Shown: positions 10,184-20,400 of the stretch, one piece after another
Layout: each line of letters starts with the position of its first letter
How positions within the stretch are numbered: the first letter of the stretch is position 1
Assembly (NCBI GenBank): GCA_043811375.1
Contig: JBDRNJ010000039.1
Location: forward strand, 64,001 to 128,000
Direction of reading: 5' to 3'
Source of the DNA: a bacterium
GTDB taxonomy: Bacteria; Zixibacteria; MSB-5A5; GN15; FEB-12
DNA length: 64,000 nt
The notes under the pieces: model-generated
What the model was told of the DNA's origin: nothing
Databases searched by the model: none
What the model saw: the letters and a program-made list of their open reading frames with translations, nothing else
Position numbers and translations under genes: made by a program

Positions 10184-12451
10184 CTACATCCCTTTGTACG
10201 GGTTCGGTCCCACCGTTTCAATCACCTCCAGGAAATCATCCAATATCTTGGGTATCCGGTCATAATCCGTTATTGACAACTCGTGTACCTGGACCCGATC
10301 CTCCTCCAAGACTAGTTGTTTCAGCTTCTCGCGGACATTATCCATCCGGTATTCGGCCAGTTCACTACCTTTGACAAAATGGCATTGATAGTCATCACCT
10401 GATCGGCATCCCAATAATATAACCCCGTCGAAACCTGAGGCCAGGGCATCGCTGATCCAAACCGTATTGATCGATCCCAGGCAACGCAGCGGGATCATAC
10501 GGACCATGGCATTGTACTTAAGCCGTTTGAATCCGGCCATATCAACCGCGGGGAGAGCATCATTTTCGCAGACAAAGCACAGGATGCGGGGTTTTTCATC
10601 GAATTCATCCGGGATATGGATACTCTTAATCATCTGCGAGATCATGTTGATACTGAAGTTCTTGAAAGAAACAATGCGCTCCGGGCAGGCACCCAAGCAG
10701 ATGCCGCAGCGACGGCAGCGGAACGGATTGGGCAGAGGCGTCCCTTTGTCGTCCTCGTCCAGGGCACCAAAGGGACATTCCTCGGTACAGCGCTTGCACT
10801 GGGTACAGCGCTGCATGAAAAAGTCCGGGAAAGAGAGATCACCGGCTCGCGGGTGCACGGCAGCCCCTCTGGCGATTGATTCAACCGCCTGTATGGCTTT
10901 CAGGGCTGCCCCCCAGGCATCGTTGGCGGCGGTGCTCAGGTCCATCGGCATCCGCACGGCCCCTGCCGCATACATGCCGGTGCGTCGGGTTTCATAGGGG
11001 AAACAGATGAAGTGTGAATCAGGGAAACCGTATTTCAGCGTGGGCAGATCGGTACCCAGGCGGTAGGCCAGGTTCAGGATTTTGGCGCCTTTCTCAGCGC
11101 TTTCGGCCTCTTTTTTGCCGTCGGCGGTTTGCCCGTCTGGGACCGCTTCTTCCGTTGCCGGGGTCTCGCCTTCCGGCTGGGCGTCAGGTCCGGCCTCAAC
11201 TTCATCATCTTCGTCGACCTTGGTGGTCGGCACCATACCGGTGGCCAGTACCACCATCTCGGCATTGATAGTCACATCTTCGCCCAGCAGTGTCTCTTCG
11301 ACCCGGATGGCCAGTTTGCCGTCGGCCGCCTTGCTGACGCCGGCGAGCTCACCTTTGGTCAGGAAAAGGGCGTCGTCGTCCTGGGCGTGAGCGTAGAAAC
11401 GCTCGTACTGAGCCGGCGACCGCAAGTCCTTGTATATAATATAAACTTTGGTGTCCGGGCTGTACTCCCGGATATACATCGCCTGCTTCAGCGATACCCG
11501 GCAGCAGACAGCCGAACAGTAAGGCAGATGTTCCTCATCGCGCGAACCGGCGCACTGGATAAAAGCCACGCTGGCGGGTGCTTTACCGTCGGAGGGTCGC
11601 TTGATTTCACCGGCGGCGGCCATTTCTTCCATCTGGATGTTGGTAATGACATCAGGCGAGACGCCGAAACCCCATTTGCCGAGCTTCTGGGGATCGTAAG
11701 GTTTCCAGCCGGTCGCCTGGACAATGGAACCGACGGTTATCATATGGCCGCTATTGCCGTTTTGCAGGGTTACTTCCAGCTTGCCCGGTTGTCCTGCTGT
11801 TTTAGCCACGAATGTTGACTTATGGACAGTGATGCCGGAGTCATTTTCGACTTCCTGGGCCAGTTGCGCATATCCGGAATCTTCCAGTTCCCGATACGGC
11901 GGTCGTTTGGGGAAGACTTTGCGGAACTTGGTGGCCCAGCCACCGAGTTGTGCTTCCTTTTCAATCAGGTGCACTTTGTAGCCGGCCGCAGCGGCTGATT
12001 TGGCGGCCGTCATGCCGGTGATACCGCCCCCGACCACCATGATATCTTTGCTGGTTTCTTCAGTGTACGGCTCCGGCGGTTCGCTGTTTTGCAACCTGGT
12101 GATGCCCATACTGATATGATCTTCGGCCAGCATCTGGGTGTCTTCGTCGTTGGGTTCATGGCACCAGGCGACGTGTTCGCGCAGATTGGCCCGGTCGGTA
12201 AGAATCTCAGGACCGAAATCAAACAGTTCCGGGAATACTCTCAGTGAGCAGCCGGCCACCACCACCCGGTTGAGTTCTTCACTCTTGATATCTCCCCTGA
12301 TGAGATCAACACCCTCCGGGGAGCACAGGATGTCATGGGCCTTGCACACGGCCACTTTGGCGGAGGCATCGGTCACTAACTTGTCGATATCGATCGAAGA
12401 CCCGATCTCACAGCCTTTACAGATATATACACCAACTTTTGTATCCATCAC
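10184..12451 (-). CDS. qmoB: QmoB (HdrA-like flavoprotein, ferredoxin and MvhD-like domains)
   Basis: GGGITG, QCAGSRDEEHLPYCSAVCC, FPDSHFICFPYETRRTG, CTQCKRCTEECP, CRRCGICLGACP, C-terminal CENDA and GDDYQCHF. Confidence 0.92.
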   Translation of the reverse strand: MMDTKVGVYICKGCEIGSSIDIDKLVTDASAKVAVCKAHDILCSPEGVDLIRGDIKSEELNRVVVAGCSLRVFPELFDFGPEILTDRANLREHVAWCHEPNDEDTQMLAEDHISMGITRLQNSEPPEPYTEETSKDIMVVGGGITGMTAAKSAAAAGYKVHLIEKEAQLGGWATKFRKVFPKRPPYRELEDSGYAQLAQEVENDSGITVHKSTFVAKTAGQPGKLEVTLQNGNSGHMITVGSIVQATGWKPYDPQKLGKWGFGVSPDVITNIQMEEMAAAGEIKRPSDGKAPASVAFIQCAGSRDEEHLPYCSAVCCRVSLKQAMYIREYSPDTKVYIIYKDLRSPAQYERFYAHAQDDDALFLTKGELAGVSKAADGKLAIRVEETLLGEDVTINAEMVVLATGMVPTTKVDEDDEVEAGPDAQPEGETPATEEAVPDGQTADGKKEAESAEKGAKILNLAYRLGTDLPTLKYGFPDSHFICFPYETRRTGMYAAGAVRMPMDLSTAANDAWGAALKAIQAVESIARGAAVHPRAGDLSFPDFFMQRCTQCKRCTEECPFGALDEDDKGTPLPNPFRCRRCGICLGACPERIVSFKNFSINMISQMIKSIHIPDEFDEKPRILCFVCENDALPAVDMAGFKRLKYNAMVRMIPLRCLGSINTVWISDALASGFDGVILLGCRSGDDYQCHFVKGSELAEYRMDNVREKLKQLVLEEDRVQVHELSITDYDRIPKILDDFLEVIETVGPNPYKGM

Positions 12452-13723
12452 TTATCTCCTTGCCCCGGCGGTTACTGCTTTCAGGGCGGCTCCGGTGGCG
12501 TCCTGAATGGAGGCTGAAACATCGACCGGTCTCACTACGGTGCCCGCACCAATAAGACCGTCCGTCGGTTCGGACACCATGAATCCGAAATCATCTCGAG
12601 TCGTCTCCACCGGCGGTGGCTCATCGGCGGTGTTGGGCACCATGCCGGTCGCCAGTATGGCCAGATCGACCTCGGTTTCGGTGATCTTGCCGGTCAGCGT
12701 GTTTTCGGCGTGCAGGACCGGGTTGCCGTTGTTGTCAACGATTTTAGCCACCTTGCCGCGGTGGAAATGCATCTTCTCGTCCTGTTGCATTTTCACGTAG
12801 AAGTCTTCCCAGCGTCCGGGTGAACGGACATCTATATAGAACAAGTGGATTTCCGCATCCGGGTACTGCTCGCGCACGTAAGTGGCCTGTTTCATGGAGG
12901 CCATGCAGCAGATAGTTGAGCAATAGGGCAGGTGGTTGTCGTCGCGGGAACCGGCGCACTGCACAAAACCAACGCTCTTCAATTCCTTACCGTCCGACGG
13001 GCGCTGGATTTTACCCTCGGTGGGGCCGTTATGTGACGCCAGCCGCTCCATCATGACGTTGGTGATGACGTTCGGTACGCTGCCGAAGCCGAGATTTTCG
13101 ATTTTGGCGGCATCGTACGGTTTCCAACCGGTGGCCCAGACAATAGCGCCGACTTTGGCGGTGATCGTCTGTGGCTGCATGTCAAGATCGATGGCACCAT
13201 ACTGGCAGGCCTCGGCGCATTTTTTCATAAGCTCATCGGCGGCGTATTGTGGATCAACGACATAGCGACAGGGGTAAGCCATCAAGTGCGGCAGATAGAT
13301 CGCTTTGGTCTTGTCCATGCCGTAGTTGAAATCGTTATCGCGTTCGATTTCGCAGACCTTGGCGCAGTCGCCGCAGGCGGTGCATTTTTCATTGACGAAA
13401 CGGGGGCTAAGCTTGATCGTCACTTCGTAATTACCGGCCGAACCGGAGATTTTCTCCACCTCGGCCAGCGTCATCACCCGGATATGCGGGTTGATGCGAA
13501 TCCTCTTGAGATTGATTTCGATACCGCAACTCGGCGGGCAGAGCTTGGGGAAATACTGGTTCATTGAGGCCACCCGCCCCCCCAGCGAGGGCTGGCGTTC
13601 CAGCAGAATCACCTGCCGGCCGATCTCGGCTGTCTCTATAGCGGTGGTGATACCGGCGACACCGCCGCCCACCACCAGGGTATCGGCTTTGATTTCGCTC
13701 GGGACCGGTTCAATTTCGGCCAT
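12452..13723 (-). CDS. qmoA: QmoA (HdrA-like flavoprotein)
   Basis: GGGVAG, YFPKLCPPSCGIEIN, QCAGSRDDNHLPYCSTICC, QDATGAALKA; abuts qmoB. Confidence 0.92.
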   Translation of the reverse strand: MAEIEPVPSEIKADTLVVGGGVAGITTAIETAEIGRQVILLERQPSLGGRVASMNQYFPKLCPPSCGIEINLKRIRINPHIRVMTLAEVEKISGSAGNYEVTIKLSPRFVNEKCTACGDCAKVCEIERDNDFNYGMDKTKAIYLPHLMAYPCRYVVDPQYAADELMKKCAEACQYGAIDLDMQPQTITAKVGAIVWATGWKPYDAAKIENLGFGSVPNVITNVMMERLASHNGPTEGKIQRPSDGKELKSVGFVQCAGSRDDNHLPYCSTICCMASMKQATYVREQYPDAEIHLFYIDVRSPGRWEDFYVKMQQDEKMHFHRGKVAKIVDNNGNPVLHAENTLTGKITETEVDLAILATGMVPNTADEPPPVETTRDDFGFMVSEPTDGLIGAGTVVRPVDVSASIQDATGAALKAVTAGARR

Positions 13724-13795
13724 GTCAAACTCCTTACGATATTCCTGCCCGCGCTACGGCGGACCGCATTATTTCCGTTATCGACTGCGATAACT

Positions 13796-13813
13796 TTGCG
13801 AAAAATTTCACAA
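13796..13813. promoter_or_regulatory. Rex-like operator upstream of qmoA
   Basis: TTGCGAAAAATTTCACAA, one mismatch to TTGTGAA-N4-TTCACAA; candidate -35 TTGACA on the minus strand at 13895-13890. Confidence 0.7.
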
Positions 13814-14150
13814 AGGTATTCAAATTAACAGGCAGCGATCACGCTGCCTGTTCACAGTCAGCCCGCAAATAAAACGCCACCGGCGATGTTGTCAAGGGGA
13901 ATGTAAGGGGGGGGCAGTAAAGCTGCTTCTGTTGCCGGTGGCCGGCATTAGCAGGGTGTTGAAAAAGTATTCTATTATCCTCAATTACCAACACAATCGC
14001 CACCCCCGTAAAAGGGCCGGTTGTTAAGGTAAGCGCACGAGGATGTACCCACTACGAAACTTAAAGCAGCATCACTACCTTCCCCACTTGCCCACCGCCA
14101 TCCGCCAGCCTTATCTTCCCTCATAATGCTGCAAACCTCGATTCAGAACT

Positions 14151-15848
14151 ATGAGTAACCGCAACCCGTCATCCCTCGCCCGTCGTCACTGGGGGCTGGT
14201 GATACCTGTTCTGGCGCTGGGGATCTATCTATACAACGCTTACCCGGAGCCGGGGTGGATCGATTCCGGCGAGTTGGCGGCAGTGGCCCACACTCTCGGT
14301 GTGGCGCACCCGCCGGGATGTCCGCTCTACGTGCTGATTGCGCGCTGTTTCGTGGCATTGATTCCGGGGTCGTTTTTCCCGCTGACTCTGCTCTCGGCGC
14401 TGGCGGTCTCGGCCGGGCTGGCGTTTTTGCTGTACCTGCCGCCGTTTCGCCGGACAAACGCCGATCGTTTTGCCGGGGCGGCAATCGTATTGGCACTGGC
14501 ACTGGCGCCATCGGTCTGGAAACAGGCCACTATTAATGAAGTCTACGCCCTGCAATTCGGCCTGCTTTGCCTGTTTATTTACTGCTGGTGGCAGGTTGAC
14601 TCGTGGCGTCGGCTGCCGCTTTTGGCCTACTTAGCCGGGCTGTCGTTTGCCGTACACCAGACGGCTATCTTTCTGATTCCCTTTCTGTTGGAAGCAATAT
14701 GGGACCGGCGGCGAAAACTGAGTGCCTGGCTGAGCCTGATCGGTTTCGGCCTGCTGGGAACCACACCGTATGCCTACATGCCGATTCGCTTTGCTGTCGG
14801 CCCGGTTCTTAACTGGGGCGGTACGCACCGCTGGGATGCCTTCTGGCGACATGTCACCGGTTGGCAGTACGCAAATTACGCCGGAATCGAAAGCTGGGAG
14901 GTATTCAAACTCTGCCTGAAGGACCTGGGCGGCTGGTTGTGGGCATGTTTCCCGGCAGCTTTGCTGCCGTTGGCGGTGATTGGATTATTTGGTCTTGCTA
15001 TGGACAGGAAAAAGAGGCGACGCCTCCGGATCATGCTGGCCGGTTTTGCGGCTGCTATTCTGTTCGGGCTCAATTTTGCCAGCGAGGACGTGGAAGCGTT
15101 TTACTTGCTGGCGTTCATAATGATAGCCGTCTGGGTGGGTTACGGTATTGTATTGCTGGCGAGTCGATACGGCAAAACAGGTCAGGCAACGGCTGTCCTG
15201 GCCGTGTTGTCGGTGCTGATACTGCTGCCATCCCATTTTACACAACTGAATCGGCGTGATTTCCGTCTGGCCACCAACTGGGTCAGGGACGCCGCCGAGA
15301 CAATTCCCACCGGCGGGATAATACTGACGGCCGAATGGGACCACTACTCGCCATGGCTTTACCTTCGCTTTGTCGAGGGATGGCGCAAGGATCTGTTTCT
15401 GCTGGATACGGAACTTCTGCGGCGGTCGTGGTTTCCCGATTTTGTCCGCCAGGCGGCTCCGCAGCGCTATGCCCGGGCCAAAGTGGCCCTCGAAGTATTA
15501 AGATCGCAGATTGATCTGTTTGAATCCGGGCAATCATTTGATACCGCCACCATCGAACAGGCCTATGCCGACGCCATCTACCGGTTGTCTCTGGGGCAGG
15601 CGGGACCGGTTTTTATCGACTGGACCTTCCAGCGGCATTACCTGCGCGGGGCGCATGAAGTACCCTGGGGATTGATTCCACGCGCTTTCCGGCATGATGA
15701 GGCGATAGCATCGCCTCCTGTCTGGCCCGCATACCGCAATGACACGGCCCAGGCTTTCGATGACCAACGCTCCCGGCGGCAGTTGGAGGGTTATCGTCGC
15801 GCCCGGCAGATATGGCAGGCTTACCTGGTGCGGCTGCGTCAGCAGTGA
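14151..15848 (+). CDS. DUF2723/TMEM260-like membrane glycosyltransferase (GT-C)
   Basis: DSGELAAVAHTLGVAHPPGCPLY, WKQATINEVYAL, YMPIR...LNWG; many TM segments. Confidence 0.8.
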   Translation: MSNRNPSSLARRHWGLVIPVLALGIYLYNAYPEPGWIDSGELAAVAHTLGVAHPPGCPLYVLIARCFVALIPGSFFPLTLLSALAVSAGLAFLLYLPPFRRTNADRFAGAAIVLALALAPSVWKQATINEVYALQFGLLCLFIYCWWQVDSWRRLPLLAYLAGLSFAVHQTAIFLIPFLLEAIWDRRRKLSAWLSLIGFGLLGTTPYAYMPIRFAVGPVLNWGGTHRWDAFWRHVTGWQYANYAGIESWEVFKLCLKDLGGWLWACFPAALLPLAVIGLFGLAMDRKKRRRLRIMLAGFAAAILFGLNFASEDVEAFYLLAFIMIAVWVGYGIVLLASRYGKTGQATAVLAVLSVLILLPSHFTQLNRRDFRLATNWVRDAAETIPTGGIILTAEWDHYSPWLYLRFVEGWRKDLFLLDTELLRRSWFPDFVRQAAPQRYARAKVALEVLRSQIDLFESGQSFDTATIEQAYADAIYRLSLGQAGPVFIDWTFQRHYLRGAHEVPWGLIPRAFRHDEAIASPPVWPAYRNDTAQAFDDQRSRRQLEGYRRARQIWQAYLVRLRQQ

Positions 15849-16004
15849 GGGGCGCGCCCCTGTAATGATCGTCGGTGCCCACACTTAACACACAACTTTG
15901 AAAAAAGGTTATTGACAGGACCCACAACCGCCATGTTATCTTGTGGTAGATGCCTGAGAAGCATTAATCATAAACCAAGAACTTAGAACTGGAAGGGAAC
16001 GGAA

Positions 16005-16493
16005 ATGAAAAAAGTAACCCTGTTGGCGGTACTGGTGCTGGCGGTAGGCCTGATTGCTTACGCCGGTGAGGAAGCGCAATGGTTTGATATGGAAAACTGC
16101 GCTTTCTGCAGCAATATGTGCAAGAACCCCGAACTGATCGACCATATGATCTGGGAGCATCACAACATCGCTAATGGTATGCTCTCCATCACGACGGTCG
16201 AGCCGGAGTTCAAGGCTCCGTATACCGAAGCGATGGATGCCATGAAGAAGCTGGGAGAGGCGATGGAGGTCGGTAAAGTCGATATGGCCGAGCTCAAACT
16301 GTGTGGCGCCTGCCAACACTACGGCACCCTGGAAGCGGCCGGCGCCAAATCTGAATACATCTTTGGCGAGGCCGCCGACATTTTCCTGATGACTTCCGAT
16401 GATCCCGAACTGGTCAAAAAGATCCAGGAATATGGCCAGCGGAATAATGACGAAATGGCCAAGATGGAGGCAGCCAAGAAAAAAGCTGAGTAG
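16005..16493 (+). CDS. Secreted hypothetical protein with two CxxC motifs
   Basis: RBS (GGAAGGG), signal peptide MKKVTLLAVLVLAVGLIAYA, CAFCSNMC and CGACQH. Confidence 0.75.
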   Translation: MKKVTLLAVLVLAVGLIAYAGEEAQWFDMENCAFCSNMCKNPELIDHMIWEHHNIANGMLSITTVEPEFKAPYTEAMDAMKKLGEAMEVGKVDMAELKLCGACQHYGTLEAAGAKSEYIFGEAADIFLMTSDDPELVKKIQEYGQRNNDEMAKMEAAKKKAE

Positions 16494-16680
16494 TTACCCG
16501 GTTGCGTTTGGCACCGGTCATCAGTGTGGACTGAAAAAACTGTCCCAACCAAATGGCGTCAGGCAATACTGCTTGACGCCTTTGGTGTTGAGGGCCTATG
16601 CTCAATCGTGAAAGCAACGACCGGGACGAGCGTGACGATCTTAGCGATGTTTCGGAAAGCATAACCGAAGGCATTTAACG

Positions 16681-17364
16681 ATGGCGACTCAATCGGAAAA
16701 CACGGGCTCTGACATCAGGCCGTCGGATTTTCTCCAGCCGGCTAACCTGCTGAGCCTGTCGCGTATTTTGCTCACGCCCGTCATAGGCTATTTCCTGTCT
16801 CAACCCGATTCGCAAGCGACTCTTATCTGTGTCATTCTGCTGATCATAGCGGCCATTACTGACGGCCTGGACGGGTATGTCGCCCGGCGAATGAATCTGA
16901 CCGGTCGATTGGGGATGATTCTCGATCCGCTGGCCGATAAGATCATGGCTGCCGCGCTGGTGATATTGTTGATATTTTTCAGGGATTTCCCCTTCTGGTT
17001 GGCGGCTGCCATCGTCGGTCGTGACCTGGCGATCCTGGCGACGGGCACCCTGCTACTGAAAGGGAGCGCCACAGTCACCCCCTCCAGCCTGACCGGCAAA
17101 TACACTTTTGCTGCCATTGCCGTTTTGCTGGGCAGTTATGTTATCCGGTTTGAATTCGGCCAATTATTAATGACGTACCTGACGGTGACGCTGCTGTCGG
17201 TATCGACCATCATTTATGTCGGACGCTTTGTTGACCTGAAACGTGGCTCACCGTTCAAGCCGTTTGTCGACCGCCCGGTGTATCGGATAATCAGGGTGGC
17301 GTTGACCCTGGCGGTGTCGGCTGTGTTTCTGTACCGGCTGGCCGGGTTCCTGATGAATGGGTAG
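16681..17364 (+). CDS. CDP-alcohol phosphatidyltransferase (PgsA/cardiolipin synthase family)
   Basis: ANLLSLSR and the family signature TDGLDGYVARR...GMILDPLADK. Confidence 0.9.
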   Translation: MATQSENTGSDIRPSDFLQPANLLSLSRILLTPVIGYFLSQPDSQATLICVILLIIAAITDGLDGYVARRMNLTGRLGMILDPLADKIMAAALVILLIFFRDFPFWLAAAIVGRDLAILATGTLLLKGSATVTPSSLTGKYTFAAIAVLLGSYVIRFEFGQLLMTYLTVTLLSVSTIIYVGRFVDLKRGSPFKPFVDRPVYRIIRVALTLAVSAVFLYRLAGFLMNG

Positions 17365-17471
17365 CAAACAGCTCGGGCAACTCCGAGCATCACCCCCCCG
17401 AAAGGTCTTTACAACAACTGCCGATTAGGATAAATTAAACAGCTAAATGAGAATCGGAGAGTGAGAGACCA

Positions 17472-20400
17472 GTGGCGACAAACTTCAATACTTTCAAGGA
17501 CGGTTTTTCCCTGCCGGAGGCGGAAAAAGGTATCCTGGATTTCTGGGAAACCAACCGGGTCTACGAAAAGGTCCAGCAGGCCGCCAAAGACCGGCCGCAT
17601 TTTGTTTTCTACGAAGGGCCGCCATCGGCCAACGGCGAGCCGGGAGTGCATCATGTAATCTCACGCACGATCAAGGACCTCATCTGTCGCTATCGGAGTA
17701 TGCGGGGGTTTCGGGTCGACCGTAAAGCCGGCTGGGATACGCACGGTTTGCCGGTGGAGATCGCCGTTGAAAAAGAGCTTAAACTTGAAAGCAAAGCTAA
17801 AATATATGAGTACGGCATCAGCAAGTTCAACCGCCAGTGCCGCAAATCGGTTTTTAAGCATGTGACCGACTGGAACGAAATCACTCGCCGCATCGGCTAC
17901 TGGCTCGACCTGGACGACGCCTATATCACACTAACCAATGACTACATCGAATCGGTCTGGTGGATTCTCAAGACCTTTTTCGATCGCGGACTTATCTACA
18001 GCGGCTATAAGACAGTGCCGTTCTGCCCCCGTTGCGGCACCGGCCTGTCCAGCCACGAGGTAGCCCAGGGGTACGAGACGGTGCGGGACCCGTCGATTTT
18101 CGTCAAGGTCCGGGCAGCCGACGGCGATTTCAGTTACCTGGTCTGGACCACCACACCCTGGACACTGCCCTCGAACGCCGCGTTGTGCATGAAAGCCGAT
18201 GCCGACTACGTGACCGTCGAACACGAAGGGGAGAAACTGGTGCTGGCTGCGGCGCTGGTGGAGCGTATGTTCGGCGAGAATAAAGAGGTCATCGAGCGGC
18301 ATAAAGGAAGTGATTTCCTCAAACGACGTTACCGGCCGCTGTTTGACATATTTACCGATCAAGCTGATCAGGCCTATTATGTCATCAACGGTGATTTCGT
18401 CACCCTGGAGGACGGCACCGGTATTGTCCATATAGCGCCCGGTTTTGGAGCCGACGACTATGAAATCGGCCGGAGCTTCGGACTGCCGGTTTTTCAGGCG
18501 ATCGAGGCCAGCGGTATCTTTAAGGATTTTGCCGGCAAATACGCCGGGATGTTTATCAAGGATGCCGACCCGGTGATAATAGCTGACCTCAAATCAGATG
18601 GGCGACTGTTCAAGCAGGAAATCTACGAGCACAGCTACCCCTTCTGCTGGCGGTGCGAATCGCCCCTGATCTACATTGCCCGGCAGTCGTGGTACTTGAA
18701 AACAACCGAGTTCAAACAGCAACTGATTGACAACAGCAATGCCATCAAATGGTGCCCGGATGAGATTCGCACCGGCCGGATGCAGGACTGGCTGGAAAAC
18801 AACGTCGACTGGGCGCTCTCACGCGAACGCTTCTGGGGCACGCCGCTGCCGATCTGGATTTGTGACGAAGAGAACTGTGGCCAAAAGATTGCGGTCGGCT
18901 CCATTGAGCAGTTGCGGCGGGAGGCGGTCAACCCCCCGGACGAGATCGACCTGCATAAGCCGATGATGGATGAAATCAAGCTGACCTGTCGGTGTGGTCA
19001 GACTATGAGCCGGGTACCGGAGGTGATCGACGTCTGGTTTGATTCCGGCGCCATGCCGTACGCCCAGTGGCATTATCCGTTTGAAAACAAAGAGGAGTTC
19101 GAGAGCAAGTACCCGGCCGACTTCATCTCCGAGGCGGTGGACCAGACCCGGGGCTGGTTTTATTCGCTGCTGGCTATCTCCACGCTGCTGTTCGGCAAAC
19201 CGCCGTTTAAGAATGTCATCGTGATGGAGATGATTCTCGACAAGGAAGGCAAGAAGATGTCCAAGAGCAAAGGGAACGTTGTTAATCCCTTTGCTGTCAT
19301 TGATCGTTTCGGTGCCGATCCGCTGCGCTGGTACCTGGTGTCCACTTCGCAACCCTGGCTGCCGATCCGGTTTGACTTGGACATCCTGGCGGAAGTGGTG
19401 CGCAAGTACTTCGATACCCTGCGCAACACTTATTCGTTCTTTGCCATTTACGCCAATGTCGACCACGTGGCCGAGTCGGCACAGGCAGCCGATCAGTCGA
19501 TCGAAGAATATCTTCAGAGCAAGGCCGATCGGCCGGAACGGTTCGATCTCTGGATCGAATCGCGCTACCAGAGCCTGGTCAAAAAGGTCACGCATGGCTT
19601 TGACAACTATGAGATCACCCGGCCGGTGCGCAGTATCCAGACGTTTGTCATTGATGACCTGTCCAACTGGTACGTGCGCAATAACCGCCGTCGCTTCTGG
19701 GCCGGCGGTGACGATCCGTCCAAAATGCGCGCCTACCTGACTCTGTATCGCCTGTTGACGGGGATTTGCCGGTTGACGGCGCCGGTGACACCGCTTTTCT
19801 CGGAACTGTTATTCCGTGAACTTACGATGGCCGATGGTTATCCGGATAATGCGCTGACATCGGTGCATGCGGCTGCTTATCCGCAGACGGACGAGTCCGG
19901 GATCGATTCCCAACTGGAAGAAAGTATGCAACTGGTGCAGAAGATCGTATCGCTGGGTCGAGCGGTTCGTTCGCGCAAGAATCTCAAAGTCCGCCAGCCG
20001 TTGTCGCGTATCCTGATTGCGTTGCCTTCGCATACCGACCAGAAGGGCCTTGAGGGCTACCTTGATATCGTCAGGGAGGAACTTAATATCAAGGAGATCG
20101 TGTTCAGCACTGAGGCCGAGCAGTGCGTCAACCTGGCGGCTCGCCTCAATTTCAAGACCGCCGGACCGAAACTGGGTGCCGATGTCAAGAAAGTGGCTGC
20201 GCAGTTGAGCCGACTCGATTCGGAAACAGTGCAGCAAGTCGCCGCATCCGGACAGTTATCCCTTGATGTTGACGGTCGGCAGATCAACCTTGCCGGTGAG
20301 GATGTCCAGATTATCCGCAAAGACAAGCCGGGTTACGCCGTGGAAAGCGATGGTTCGGTTACGGTGGCCCTGGTGACGGTGTTGACTGAAGAATTGATAG

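Noticed and set aside
10184..13723. Methanogen-type hdrA/mvhD genes
   Set aside because: The tandem short and long HdrA-like pair with fused MvhD and the FICFPYETRRTG motif fits QmoA/QmoB; no in-frame TGA suggesting selenocysteine was seen
16603..16680. Two hairpins with GAAAGCA-containing loops upstream of the pgsA-like gene as a riboswitch
   Set aside because: The stems are short, the outer stem overlaps a likely -10 (TATGCT), and it matches no family I can identify
17365..17471. T-box leader before ileS
   Set aside because: The region is only about 105 nt and has no T-box consensus or terminator/antiterminator
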